From contig MU058781.1 of NCBI GenBank assembly GCA_013265495.1, forward strand, positions 6,166,522 through 6,230,521: a stretch of DNA of 64,000 nucleotides, in the 5' to 3' direction. The position numbers and the translations under genes are program-made. The stretch's first letter is position 1, and each line of letters opens with the position of its first letter. The notes under the pieces are model-generated. The model was not told the origin of the DNA. It was given only the letters and a program-made list of their open reading frames with translations, and did no database searches. Positions 1 to 13,787 of this stretch are shown in pieces. The DNA is from Vicugna vicugna (Eukaryota).

Positions 1-2976
1 CAGAAGTCTGCAAATTTTCGAGGCAAAATATGCAACAGTTACGGATGAACGTAGAACATTTATTTTGGCTAACTTTTCTTAGTAAGCGCCACAAAAATAA
101 TCACTGTATACTTCTAAAGCAACTATACCAGTCCTGTACTGTGGACAAATTTCAGCAAGGATCATCCAAGCTTCAAGGTATCTTGAAGGTATCCCTCTTT
201 CCATCTACCCATCCATCTACCCTCCTATTCACTCACCAATGAATGTCAATTAAGCTTAAACTGTCATAGAATGGTGTCAAGGCAAAGTCTTGTGTATTTC
301 AGTATTGCATATAGAATTTCCAGCATTAGAAGCAGGAGCAAAGGAGAAGACAACACAGATGTATAATTTCTCCTTAACACACTTATTACTGACATCTTTA
401 TCTAACCATAAGCACTTTTGTCAAGAGTTTATGATAAATATGCTGTATTTGGGGGAACTCTATCTTTAGAAGGAAGCAAAATAATTTTTTCACATGGCTT
501 TGGGAAAGTAAACATGTGTAAATAGGTAAAAAATCCTCAGATTTTAGTAGAACTAGGACCTCAAGGCTTAATGAACAACTGGAGAGAGAGGCTCTCGTGG
601 TTCTAAGTGAAACAGTAAGTTCCCCAATGTTCACTTGGCAAATTGCAATCATTACCGGTGCCAAGAGTGCTAATAGCACTAATAAATCCAATCCCCCAAA
701 CCAAACTTAATTGACCTGGAATAATTGCAAAGAATACCACTCATAGTAAAAGGGAAAACGCTTACCAGGAACAATTTCTAGTGCTGCATTCTCTCGGAAG
801 CAACGTGTCAAGAATCACTTTCTTTTAAGAAAACCCCACAAGAATCAAGGTTATCACCAGAGTCTGCGGCGTTCTGCGCTCTCCAAAAAAGTCTGATCTC
901 TTTTGAATCAAAAAAGAAAAATCACTGGGCCTAGACGTGTCATTCCCTGCACAGTTACAGAGCTCCATCTGCTGAACAAGGCAGAGACAGCACACCCCAA
1001 AGCCGGGAAATCTCAACAGTGATAAAAGGATTGGGGCAAACCTGTGATGCCGAGGAAACAGTCACATGCTCAGTCTTGCAGGAGCTCCTGTTTGGAAGCC
1101 CTGGGTGTGCCAGCCTTCAGCCGAGCTCAGCTACCTTCATTTAACATCAACAATCAAAGGCTGTATTGTTCCTTGCATCATTTATTCCTATGGGGCTAGG
1201 TAGGAAGTTGGAGGAATTTAGGGCAATTCCCCAGGCTCACCTCCCTTGCTTCTGCTGTATGTGGGGACCTTTGGCTCCCAGTCCTATACAGAAGCAAGAC
1301 AGACAGAGCCAACTGTGAATAACTGATGATAACATCACAGAAGAGCTTGCTTTCTCTCTCTACTCCAAAATCACTGCCACATTTTCCAGGTGTTTCCCTT
1401 GAGAATGGACCGTCCGCACCTTGCAGTGTCTGCTGCCCACCTGCTCTTCCAGAAGCAGCAGCCCACGTGCTCAGAGGCAATATCTGAAGTCACTTTCTTC
1501 TTTAGGGGTACTTTTCTTTTTTTTTTTTTTAAAATAGCACATGTCTTGTCTTGCAATCTGAAGAGACTGGCAAGTAGGACTTCTTCCATGGAGGCCCTTA
1601 GGGAGACATTCTGTCAAACAACAGCCCTGAAGCTTTCTGATGTTTCTCCTATTGTCTGAAAGAGCCTAATTCCTCACTAGCCATTGTTTTCTAGGATTCC
1701 CTTAGGCTTTCTAGTGAGCTTAAAAAAAAAGTAAATATGGTCTTTAATGTTTTACCTGTGGATTTTGCTCCCTTGCTTTGAATTCTGTTTTGCTGGTTAC
1801 TTACTTTTATTCTAGAACCATCTAATGGAATCATCAGCTCAATAGTTGGATGCTTCATGTCCTCTACTGCCACCAGAAACAGCTCTCTGCCTGGAGGCAT
1901 CACCCACAAGGGCACAGACTCAAGGCCAGGGACCCCAGGAAGCTCTGAGAGACCACGCAAATCAAGCCAGCCTTTCCAAGTGCTGAAATGAACCTGCAGG
2001 AGCCTTGCAGGTAAAGGTATATTTTGGGACATCAGTGCTGCATAAAGTTAAATCCCATTTCACATTAGTGTCTGTCTCTCTCTCTCTCTCTTACTCACAC
2101 ACAAATACTGAGACACATAGATACAATCTTTCTTTCATCTCTCATTGTGTCTGACTGTCTCTGTGACTGTGTCTTTTTCATGACTTCCCACTCTTTCTGT
2201 CTCTGCGACTCTGTCTCTCTCCTTATCTCTCCATGACTCCCATGTTACTTTTCTCATGTTACTGTACCCCTATTCTGATGATTTGAGAAAACTGGTAGTA
2301 TTCAGTCCTCGCTATAAGAAGGTTTCATACCAGCCTTCTATAAGTTTCTGACGAATAGAACCTTGGATCCTCCCTCCCCCACATCCCTACCCAGCAGCCA
2401 CACCAACATCTAGTGGATATTCTGAGTGAATCTTAACCAAGCCTCATAATTCGGAGGAGGAAAGTGGAGGGATAGTAGGAAAGAATAGGAAAGATGACCA
2501 GAGTGGACAACAACACTAGAGGAAAGAGCTTTTTTATATATATAAAATATATAAATATATTCCAAGTTTGGAAATGGGTGATTAAAATTAAAATTAACTG
2601 AAGTTACTCATTTCTAAAGTAGATTCAAAGAGTGTGTTTTTCACTGATTTCATTGGCATAGGTTCTAAGCTGAGAACATTCAATGCTCTTAAAGACGTGG
2701 TAGAAAAGGCACCTTTAGGGCACTTAGAAAAGGGTACAAAGATTTTGGAAATCAGTCTGATGGAACATCAAGATCCTTAATATTTTTCATATCCATTGAC
2801 ATGGTATTACAGAATTCTGGGTAGAATTCTAAGAATATATTCTTAAATAGATTTTGAAAATAATCAGCAATCACTTGGATAACCACAGTAAAAATACTGT
2901 GGGCATAACAAAAAAAAGTAATGCATAGAGATGTTCATTACAACATTATTCTTCATTGCATAAAGAAAGAAAAATT

Positions 2977-3939
2977 GGACATACAACTTGATAACAAAAA
3001 TACAAACAACCCAATCCAAAAATGGGCAGAAGACCTAAACAAGCAATTCTCCAATGAAGACATACAAATGGCCAATAGGCACGTGATAAAATGCTCAGTA
3101 TCACTAATTATCAGAGAAATGCAAATCAAAACTCCAATGAGGTATCACCTCACACCAGTCAGAATGGCCATCATTAAAAAGTCCACAAACAATAATGCTA
3201 GACAGGGTGTGGAGGAAAGGGAACTCTCCTACACTGTTGGTGGGAATGTAGTTTGGTGCAGCCATTATGGAAAACAGTATGGAGATTTCTCAAAAAACTA
3301 AAAGGAGACTTACCACATGATCCAGCAATCCCACTCCTGGGCATATATCTGGAGGGAACTCTAAATAGAAAAGATACATGCACCCCAATATTCATAGCAG
3401 CATTTATACAATAGCCAAGATATGGAAGCAACCTAAATGTCCATTGACAGATGACTGGTGGTATATTTATACAATGGAATACTACTCAGCAATAAAAATG
3501 AATAAAATAATGCCATTTGTGGCAATATGGATGGACTTGGAGATTCTCATTCTAAATGAAGTAAGCCAAAAAGAGAAAGAAAAATACCATATATCATTTA
3601 TGTGTGGAATCTCAAAAAAAAAAACAGAAAAGAAAAAAGAGGACACTAATATACTCATCTACAAAACAGAAACAGACTCACAGACATAGTAAACAATCTT
3701 ATGGTTACCAGGGATAAATTTGGGATTTTGAAGATTTGCAAATATTAACCACAATATATAAAAAACAATTTTTTTCTGTATAGCACAGGGAACTATATTC
3801 AATATACTGTGATAACCTTAATGAAAAATATGAAAAATGAATATATGTATATATATGCACCACTGGGATATTATGCTGTACACCAGAAATTAACACATTG
3901 TAATTGACCATACTTCAATAAAAATAAGAAAGAAAAAAG
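2977..3939 (+). mobile_element. 5'-truncated lineage-specific L1 (ORF2 C-terminus, 3'UTR, A-rich tail)
   Basis: ORF2-like peptides ([44 protein letters not shown]); A-rich tail; TSD aaagaaagaaaaatt at 2962-2976 and 3940-3954. Inserted into an older L1 fragment. Confidence 0.92.
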
Positions 3940-4799
3940 AAAGAAAGAAAAATTTGAAACAATTTGAATATCTACCATTTATTTGGCAATAGTTAAGGAA
4001 AAATTGTTTGCAGATAATTTTAAATATAGAGAAATGTTTATAATCAAATGTTAGGAGAAAGAGAGCAAGATACGAAATGATCTAAACTATGATGATAGGA
4101 ATAAGAACACCTGAAGATGGAATTATAAGAAATTTTTTCCCTTTGATTATTTGAAGCCTCAAAATCTCTACAATATGCAAATATGGCTTTAACAATTATC
4201 CTGAGAATATTGTTGACTCAAAGAAATTCAAACACTTGTATAAACCTTCTGACTGAACACACCAACCAATTCTCTGATGCGTGACTCCCTGAGAAGAAAA
4301 ACTGTATAAATGTTCCCTCCTGAGAGTCTTAGACTTTCTGGTAACTTTCTATATTTATCCTTCATTGAATTAAAATGACCACAGCCCTGATTACCCAACC
4401 ACATACAGGATTTTCAGAAATCTTTTGACGCGGCTTTTCAAATCCTTCAGGGCTTCCTGTAGTTGCAAAATTCAGAGGGTTTAGCTAAGCTAGATATTGC
4501 ATGAAAATATAGTGTTACAAGTTGACTTGCAAAAGTTCTGTGGTAAGACTTTAGGAACCAGGAGAGTGAATCATGTTCTGAGATACCTTTGGGAAAGCCT
4601 CTACCCCGGGGGCCCTAGGGCTGGCTCAGGGTACCAGAGGACTGCACCTACTTCCATCTAAATGTAGCAGCCTCTTACTGAAACACCAGTAATTCAACGT
4701 TGGTCTTGATCTACATACTCTGGATACTTACATCTGTCATACTATCAACACTGGGAATATTTTCTTAACAATGACTTTAAATTTTTTTCATGAAATAAA

Positions 4800-5620
4800 A
4801 TTTGTGGGATTTTTCCTGATAGTTTTAGTACTTTTATGTCCCTTCTAAGAAATACTTGCTTACCGCAAGGTCACAAAGATACTCTTCTATGTTTTCATCT
4901 AGAACGTTTATAGTTTTAGCTTTTAGGTATAGGTCTATGATTCATTCTGAATTTAGTTTTATGAGGCATAAGGTAGGGTTCAAAGTTGATTTTTCTCATG
5001 CACTTGTTCAATTGTTCCAGAACGATTTTGTTAAAAAAAAAAACTTTGTTTCCTGATTGCATTTTCTTGACACATTTGTTGAAAATCAACTAACCATATA
5101 TATGTGACATGACGACTAGACCCCATTGTATTCCACCACTCCATTTGTGTGTCCTAACACCACTGTCACATTGTCACATTGTCACATCACTGAAATTTAT
5201 ACTGAGTCTTTAAATGATATATTGTAGGCCTTTCAACTCAGTTCTTCCCTCTCTCTCTTTTTTCTTTCTTTCATCATGTTACGTGCAAGTAAAGACCATT
5301 TTACTTCTTCATTGCAATCTGAATGCCTTTTTTTCTTTTATTTTTAAGATAAAAATCATCATACAAGAAACTGAACTTACTTAATGATTACAAGTTGTTA
5401 TGTTTTGACACAGAAACCCATAAAACCATCACTGCAATTAAGATGGTGAATATATCCATTGCACTCAAGTTTTGTTGTGTCTTTAGGTACCCCTTCTTTT
5501 CTACACCATTTGTATAAATTCCTTTATTTAAATCCTTTATTTCTTTATTTTAAATAAAGAAACTCCCATCTAAATCCCTTTATTTCTTTTACCCATCTTA
5601 TTGCCTTGTCTAGAGCTCCA
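4800..5620 (-). mobile_element. Old L1M fragments with a nested short L1 3' end (~5340-5567)
   Basis: Antisense L1 ORF2-like text (tctatgttttcatctagaacgtttatagttttagc). A near-duplicate flanks the insert: atctgaatgcctttttttctttta and atctaaatccctttatttctttta. Confidence 0.7.
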
Positions 5621-5830
5621 AATTACAAATATCAAGAATAAAAGAGGGAACCGTACTACAGATCTCACAGCCATTAAAAGGGTAATAAGAGAATTCTATG
5701 ACTACTGATATTTGACAGCTTAGATAAAATAGACAAATTCCTTGATGAATATTAACTTACTAAGACTAAAACTAAAAGAAATGAGGAATCAAAATTATTC
5801 TATATTAAAGAAATTGACTTCAATTTGTTC
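5620..5830 (+). mobile_element. Old L1 ORF2 fragment, inverted relative to the adjoining L1
   Basis: caaatatcaagaataaaagaggg...atagacaaattccttga is sense-strand L1 ORF2-like sequence. Confidence 0.65.
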
Positions 5831-5869
5831 CCTCATTTTCAAAAAAATTCTTCCAGACATTCCCAATCA

Positions 5870-6480
5870 TTCCTTTTGTTTCCATTATTATGTCTACCCT
5901 GATGAATTTCAAATCTCTATTTCCAGCCCAGACTTCACTCTTTAGCCCCAGACCCTATATTCAACTGCCTATGTAATTTCTCCACTTGAGTACCCAAACT
6001 TAACACACCCCAAGCTGAACTCATTGTATTGGCTCCCTGTCTCATCCTCCCATGTTCCTAATCTCACAGGAATGGAAAGTCCAAGTGTTCACATCAGAAT
6101 CCTGGGAGTCATCCTTGACTCCTCTTCTTCCTCAATCCCCCACATTCAGTCAGTCACTGTTTTACCAGCTGAACTTCCTAAATATCGCACAAAATAATCC
6201 AAGCCCTTTAACCCCACTGTATTATCCTAGTGTACTCCACCATCAATTCTTGCTTTGATTCTACATTTATGTTTTAACTCTCCTCCCCATGCTCGGTCTC
6301 TTCTCCATAATCCATTCTCCAAACTGCAGCCAAATTGGTGTCCTCAAACTGAAATATAATCATGACATCCCCCTGCTTAAGACCACTATTAGCTCTGCAA
6401 TGAAGTGCAACTCTCTTAACATTCTCATGGGCCCTGTGTAACCCACCTGTCAGCACCCTGCACTTCCCCTGTCCCTGTCA
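5870..6480 (+). mobile_element. L2 LINE fragment
   Basis: Pyrimidine-rich L2 motifs (tctctatttccagcccagac, ctgggagtcatccttgactcctc, ccattctccaaactgcagcc). Confidence 0.75.
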
Positions 6481-7329
6481 CAACACTAATTGCATGGTAA
6501 TGTCTCAAAGTATCTGTCTTTGTGCTCTTCTTTTCCCAGCATCCTTGTGCTTGCGTGACTTTTCTGTTTATCAGAGGCATTTACTTTGCCTGGAGGAAAA
6601 GTAGGATAGTTAAAGCAGGCATTTAAAAAGCAGGAAACAGTCAATGTTCAGTATTTCTTGTTTTTTCAAACCTCTAAACAGGCTTTTGAATATCTGAAGA
6701 GAAGTCCTGAGGGAATCAGAGGACAGAGTTCAGGCCATAAAAATAGAAGTAGAGAGAGGATAAAAGAAAAATGGAGTAATGCCTTTCTATATCACTACAT
6801 GTAAACAGAAGGTCCTTTGGGCTGAGGAGTGGGTGTGTGATGGGGTGGGGGATGGGCATGACCTTAGAAGAGGTCAGGGCTGGGAATGAGAGGGCTGATG
6901 GGGCAGGACAAAGGCAGAGAAGCGGGGTCAGCATCAGAAAAATTGCTAACCACAGGGAACAGCTGGGTCTTTAAATCATATACTGTAGGCCTTCCAACTC
7001 GGCCTACATAGGGAACAGCACGAGGGATTCCTGTTGAAGCTGAACCAGTGCTCGCAGACCATTCTAGGGCATACGGCACTCTACAAACGGCAAAGTCGCG
7101 TCAGCTATTCATCTTGTCCTTGGTGGCTTCCATGATAATAGTTCAATTGTTTGTTGCTTTCCATCTGAAATGCATGCATAGTTACTGCTCCCTTCCATTT
7201 TTTAAGACCTTATGATACTCATAAATTCTTCTCCCAACAGAGTGTTGGGGCCCTGACACCCAGAGATGAGATGGTAGATAAGTTTCTGCACTAAAACTTG
7301 AGAGTAACTGGACAATAGTGAAAAACATT

Positions 7330-7530
7330 CCTATCACACACTTACTATACAGTATTGCAATCACTTCCCTACTTTCCCTATCCTCCACTAGGCTATGTGC
7401 TTATGAGGGCAAAGACCATGTCAATCTTGGTCAACGTTAGGCCCCAGTGCTCAGTGCAGTGCCTGATATGTTACAGGTACTCAGTAAACACTGGCTGGTT
7501 AAATCAATGATTTAATAAAGAATGAGTGAT
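7330..7530 (+). mobile_element. L2 3' end
   Basis: atgagggcaaagaccatgtc...cagtgcctgatatgttacaggtactcagtaaaca resembles the L2 terminus. Confidence 0.7.
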
Positions 7531-7893
7531 TTCAAATACATTGACTTTAGTGGTTTCTTTAAATAGGGAGAATATCAAGATGGCAACTTTTTTTAACCTA
7601 ACTATGTAAGGTCTAACACTTTGAAAAATTACGAAGTAAGCTATTAATAATTTTGAAGTATTTTTAGATTTTCCCGTTCTGTTGTGAAGACTTCACAACT
7701 TTGGAGGCCTGTATTCATTTCTTTGTAGTCCTGTATGTATTCGGTGTTTCAAACAGTAAAATCATCAAAAGTACAACAACTAGAGAGTTAGAGCAAGCTA
7801 TGTGTCATACCGCACAAACTCCATTCCCTCCATTTGCAAGAAAGAGCTTGATAGACATAAAATTATCACATTACACTTTTTTTCTTTTGTTCT

Positions 7894-8364
7894 TGTGGCG
7901 GAGTGAATAAGGGTCCTCCAAAAACGTCCACGTCCTAATCCTCGGAACCTACTCTCTTATATGGCAAAAGGGATTTTGCAATTGTGATTAATTTCAGGAC
8001 TTGAGATGAAGCGATTACCCCGGATTCTCCAAGTGGGCCCAGTGTAATCACAGGAATCCTTATCAGAGAGGCAGGAAGGTCAAAGTCAGAGGCGATGTGA
8101 TGATGGAAGCAAAGCCAGAGGGAGATTTGAAGTTGCTCTATTGCTGGTTTTGAAGATGGAGGAAGAAGACATGGACCAAAGAATGCAGGCAGCTGCTAGC
8201 AGCTGGAAAAATCAAGGAAACAGTCTTCCCTAAAGCTTCCAGAAGGTAACTGATACTTTGATTTTAAGACTTCTGACCACCAGAATTGTAAGATAATAAA
8301 TTTGCATTGTTTCAAGCCACCAACTTTTGGGGCAATTATTATAAAACAATGGGAAAGGAACACA
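7894..8364 (+). mobile_element. MaLR solo LTR (MLT1D-like)
   Basis: TG...CA ends with 5-bp TSD GTTCT (7889-7893 and 8365-8369); MLT1 motifs (tatatggcaaaagggattttgca, ccagaattgtaagataataaatttg). Confidence 0.85.
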
Positions 8365-10241
8365 GTTCTGTCAACTTTATCAGCTGCGTTAGGCTTGTTC
8401 AGGATTCTAGCTGAGAGAGGGTGTTTGAGAGGTACTTTATGAAATGAAGCTCAACTGGGACAGAACGGGAATTCTATAAACAGATCAGGTGATGCTAAGG
8501 AACTTAAATTATTCAGTTATGTATGAATTGCCTTATGAATATTTATAAGCATATGTCTGAATATTATAAACATATACAGATTATATATATATGTATAGAT
8601 ACACACATATATATATGCACACACATCACACCCAAATACACACATATACACCATCCTGGGAGAGGTGTAAACAAAAGAGTGTGATATAAGAGTACCCAAC
8701 CCATTTTTAATTACACATGCCTTACCCAGATTTTCCACATATAGTACTGTACCTTGCTTGAAAAATGTTATTGTAAGAGTTAGCTTTCAAGGTAGGAGAC
8801 AGAATTCTTTGGAGGCAAGTAAATGAATAATTAGAATTAGTTAAATTAAATTATATGATGATGTACCAGTGTTTCATGGTGGACCAATGATTGGCTTTAA
8901 TGGATTTTTACTAAGAATATGAAAATCCTAATCTTTGAGCAAAGCTGAAAAAATATTTTGTTTGTTTTATGTAATATTAGGGTCAAGGCTAGATGTATAA
9001 ATAGAAGCCATGAGTTGTGGTGCCAACTTCTAAACCTGAATTCCATCCCAATTATAATGTTTTGAGAGATACCATTGAGACCTTCCCAGCCAAAATAACA
9101 CTCTCCACTTTCATCATAATGCCTGAAATTCATTTAGTAGCAACGGGTTCAATTATGTTGGTTAAGACCTTTAGTCTTACTCTTCTCTTAAAATGTCACC
9201 ATCCATAGGATGGGGAAGCTCTCCAAGTCGTCATCCAGCTACCTTCACAGGAATAATTTACACTAGGGAGTAGGAGGTGGGAAGGGAGGGGAATACTAAA
9301 AAAGAAGAAAAGAGGACACCAGAATCTGCCTCAGGCTGGCCATAGCCAAATCTAAGAACTCTGTACTCAAACTGTTCTCAAACTTAGCTGCAAGCAAAAC
9401 TGCTAAATAATCATTGCTGACTGGATTAACTGCTCTCTCATCTATCCCTGCAACAGCCTTGTTTATTAGGTGGTAATACGATTCCAAGTGTACAGGTATA
9501 GAAAGTGTGAGACATCAAGCTGGAGGAGAGAGTCAGGACTCAGTAAGTGCCAGGTCTGTGGGACTCATTATGCTGTCCCCCTTCCTCTCTGAAGCCCCTT
9601 TGGAACCAGTCTTTCTCCACTGCCCACCCCCATCAGCTTCCCATCTGAGATGCTCTGTGCTCTCCCGTCACCCAAGGCCTCTCTGCTAGAGCCACCATTT
9701 TGATTGGCTTCCAACTCCAACCTATTTCTTCCCTCAGGAGCTCAGCTGGTGTTCACTTAACTCAAGGTGGGTTGCAGACGGCACTGAGACACTCCTGACA
9801 GGGCTTTCACGGGCTTAGCAGGAAGTCCAAGGGGGCAAAAAGTTAGCACCTTTTTGCCTAAGTAGTCAGCCGCAAACCATTACCACGCCTGTATTTACTG
9901 AATGGCCAATGAAGGCCACTCTTTGCTGGGTGCTACCACAGCTGCTGGACAATTGAAGTCAGAGCTGGGGAAATCTGAGCACATGCAGTGAGAACACAGC
10001 CATGTGGCTGGGAGTTCAGAAGCAAGACTTCAGTATAGGAAGAATAAAATACAAAAGACGGAATTGTCCTAGAGCCCCAGTGATCCAGGATTGGAATTAG
10101 AGTACAAGAAACAAAGAGCCCAACTGCTAGAACAGGACTCAAGGTGAAAGTCAGCTGAGCCACAAGTTTGCCTTGACCTTGCGCCAAGCCTCTGCTGGCT
10201 TACCTGAGCTCTGCCTGCAGCGGATGCTCCTAGAGGCTGAG

Positions 10242-10465
10242 CAGTGTTTTTCAAACTGCAGGTAATGGCCCACCCGTGGCCGTGAAACTGGTTTAGCAGG
10301 CAGCAAAGAGCACTCTTTCAAATAAAACAGACTGGAACGGAATAGAAGGGAAAGGAAAAGAATGAAATGCCTTGCATACAGTAATTTTCAGTTTTAGGTA
10401 TATGTGTCCTGTGATGTAAAATACATTTCTCAACGTCACAGTCAAAAGAAGTTTGAAAACTTCTG
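10242..10465. mobile_element. hAT-Charlie-type MITE
   Basis: Imperfect terminal inverted repeats cagtgtttttcaaact ... agtttgaaaacttctg. Confidence 0.6.
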
Positions 10466-10919
10466 ATTTGAAACTGGGAGATATAGGACAGGAAGCCAGA
10501 TTAGTCATTATGTTTAAAATATTTTTTGCTTTTTTTCCAAATGACTGTGAGCTAAAATAACAGACCAATCCAGGCCGTGATGTGGCTAGATATGAATGAA
10601 TTAAATAATACAGCTTCCTTTGAGGAGACTTTCCATATATAGCCCTGACTGAGAAAGAAAATTGAGAAATAAAGACAGAAAGCTTCTGAAAGTTCAATAA
10701 ACTATCAGTTGTTTCCAGAGCTGCCTGACTGCTTTACACACTGAAGAAGTTATCACGCGGACCACTAGCTTAGGAGCCACTGAGCTGCTCTGCCTTCCTG
10801 AGACCTTGAACTAGGGCGAGCTCTGAGGACTTCCTCCAGCCAGCAGGGCAACGCCCTTGTGCGGTTCAGTCATGAGGCCTTCACCTCTTGGTTTATCTCA
10901 ACAGCTAATGCCAACGAAT

Positions 10920-11263
10920 CCAAAATCTGGATCTGAAACCTCCTTGGGTCTCCAGTTTCACATCTTCAATTACTCACTAGATGCTTTCACTTCAGAAGAC
11001 CTCCTGGCCCCCACCCAATCCTTTCCAAAAATTGTAACTTTTTTCCCTAAATACACTTCAGCTGCTACCTTTTCTGTCTTTATTAAAGACGCCAACACTC
11101 TTTCCATTACTCGTACCGTAAAGGTTGGAATCATGTTTGATTTTCCTCTTTCCTTCATTCCCCATATGCATGTACATATACTCTCAGAAGAGAATCAATA
11201 ATTGTTGAGGTGTGTCCTTTTTGGTCCCAGGTTCCCATTTCCAATGTCTGCCTCTATCACTGC

Positions 11264-11295
<32 letters not shown>

Positions 11296-11720
11296 TCCCC
11301 GAAGTAATCTCTAATCATGCTATTTCTCCTCACTGAACAAGTGACTCTCATTTCCTGCTATGAGACATTGCATTTTTTGCCTGTTTCTACTTTTTACCGC
11401 AAACTCCTTCCCGCTGCCTCCCCGAATACAGACTCATCTTCACCAATCTATTTTAAAAACCCTTGAATGGTACTTACTCTTTCCCAGGACTGTTTAAAAT
11501 GTTTTATAAATATTAAAACCTTAACCCAAAGAATACCCAGGTTCACGCAGCTCCTGTCTGTCTCCCAGGAACGTCATACGCATTTTACCTGCAGTGTTTC
11601 CCTCTCCTGGAATGCCATCCCATCTACCTGTTAGTTATAAAGACCCCACCTATCCTTCAAAGCCCAGTTTCCAGCATCATCCCTCTTCCTTGATGATTCA
11701 TCTTTCTTGAAGACCCCAGG
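10920..11720 (+). mobile_element. Degraded L2 fragments
   Basis: L2-like motifs (ttggaatcatgtttgattttcc, ccctctcctggaatgcc, tccttcaaagcccag). Confidence 0.5.
11265..11293. repeat. (CA)n microsatellite
   Basis: Uninterrupted AC run. Confidence 0.95.
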
Positions 11721-12009
11721 TCTCTTAGTATTTGTCTCCTTTGATGCCTACAATAGTCACATCCTTCACATGTAAGCTGGCACTCAACAAGAGAGCTGTC
11801 TTACATCTCCCTGATGTTTCATGTGCAGGAGTCTCATGGCATCTGATTGTTCTGCATCCCTCCTCATTTCTGTCCTCCTTTGCCATTTTTAATTCCTCCT
11901 TCCCTAGCCCCAGCCAAGTGTTGAAAACACTGAGTTCCTGGAAGATACTCCACAGATAATGAATTGACATTCGAGCTCATCACTTCCCAGGCAGAGCAGG
12001 GAAGCCTGG

Positions 12010-12445
12010 CATGATCGTTCAGGTCCTCTGAGGAGTAGATAACAAGACAGAATGAGACGCGCAAGAGATTTATGGGGCTTACAGTCTGTGAGAGAAAAAG
12101 AAGAGAGAGCCAGCGGAGATGAAGCCAGTCTTTGGAACACGATGCAGGGCTGACCTCTGCGGAAGAAGGAAAGAAAGGAGGGTTGGCTAGGGAGAACCTC
12201 AGCCTGCAGCACGCTGCTAAGAAAATCTTGGTCTGGCAGCTATGCAGTCCTTAAGCTGAACTCCCCAGTGGGAGGAGGGCAATCTCACAGCAGTAGGTCA
12301 CGCCAGGACTCTGTAGAGCCAGGTCGCTGCCTGGAGCAGACCCAGGGGAAGCATGGCCTGGACGTGGGCACAAAGGTGGATTGGGAGCACAGCAGTTGTC
12401 ACCATCAGTCAATTTTGCTTCCTGAGTGTCATGGCCATTACTCCT
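12010..12445 (-). mobile_element. ERVL LTR (LTR16-like)
   Basis: caggtcctctgaggagtaga...gcaagagatttat...gatgcagggctgacc...catggcc matches my recollection of the reverse LTR16-family consensus. Confidence 0.55.
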
Positions 12446-13347
12446 GGGATATCAGAAAGAACACTGGATTCGTAATCAGAAATCCTACCTTTGCATCTCA
12501 AGTGTGTTCACCACTAACTCTGCACCTTCACTAAAACTCATCTTTGTCCCTTCATTTGTAAAATAGGAATTGTCAGTAAGGCTGTTGTGAGGACCCCAAT
12601 TTATGTGCAGATCTAGAACGGCTCTGGGGTGGGGAAGGGGGTTCTGAATTCAGGTGGGAACTGGATGCCAAGCCCATGTGCCAGGTTGGGCCAGGTGAGG
12701 AATCAAATTACTGATAAAAAAAAATACATATCAAGGGTCAGGTGGGCCCTGGTGATCCAGATAGATGTGAGCCGGTCCAGAGCATCCTCTCAACCTGAAG
12801 GCAGGCTGGCCAGGTCCAGAGGCTAGCAGGTCACAAATAAGAGTACCACCTGTTAACCTAAGACACGGAAAATGAGCCCTGATTCTGGTGCAGACACCGA
12901 TTGGCTGGCTGATGCCCCCATCCTCCTCATGTGCAGGTGGACAGGGGCTCACAGCTGTGTCTGGCAGATGTGGGGAGAGGAGGAGGCTGCCAGTACAACT
13001 TGTTTCTGTCTGTGCAGGAGCAGAGGGCCTGGTCTTCAGGGCCAGCGGCCACTATGGGCCCCCACAGCAAGCACTTGCTGAATAACTCTCTCCTTTCCTT
13101 AAGAGTACTGGTCCTCAAGTGTAACATCAAGTAAATAGTCACAGAACTGGCTCTTCTCTTCATGGACAAGCATGGGAAACTCAAAGCCATGGGAAAGGAA
13201 AACTCCCTCTTCTATGTAATATCAAGGTCAAAGAATGCCCAAGGCGTCCTTCAGGGACAGCAGCAAATTTGAAGAGAGCATGACCAACGTGCTAGAGGCT
13301 GCACGTGTACAGGAAGTGGAATTAGAAAAGAAATTAAACATGGGTTT

Positions 13348-13787
13348 TGTTATGGGTTGAAATATGTCCGTCCCCAAGAAGGATATGTTGGCGTCTTAAC
13401 CGCTGATCTTATTTGGAAAGAGGGTCTTTACAGATGTAATCATGTTAAAATGAAGTCATCTGGGTGGGCTCTTATGACTGGTAGCCTTATTAAAAATAGG
13501 AAATTTGGACACAGACACATGCACATAGGGAGAATACCACATGAAGATGAAGGCAGAGATTGGGTTGATACTTTTGTAAGCCAAGGAATGCCAAAGATGG
13601 CCAGTTAGCCATGAAAAGCTAGGAGAGGGGCCTGGAACAAGAGTTTCCCTCAAGCCCTCACAAGGAACCGACACTACTGGCACCTCATCGTGGACATCAA
13701 GCCTCCAGAACAGTGAGACAATAGTTTCTGCTGTTTAAGGCATCCACTTTGTGGTGCTTTGTTACGCAGCTCAAGCAAACTAATATA
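13348..13787 (+). mobile_element. MaLR solo LTR (MLT1B/C-like)
   Basis: tgttatgggttgaa start, gcctccagaacagtgagacaata, gcaaactaatata end; near-TSD ggttt/ggttc. Confidence 0.85.

Noticed and set aside
2921..3689. ORFs 2921-3301 and 3378-3689 (also 38532-38735, 52117-52580, 27086-27364) as genes
   Set aside because: They are frameshifted L1 ORF2 fragments from truncated copies.
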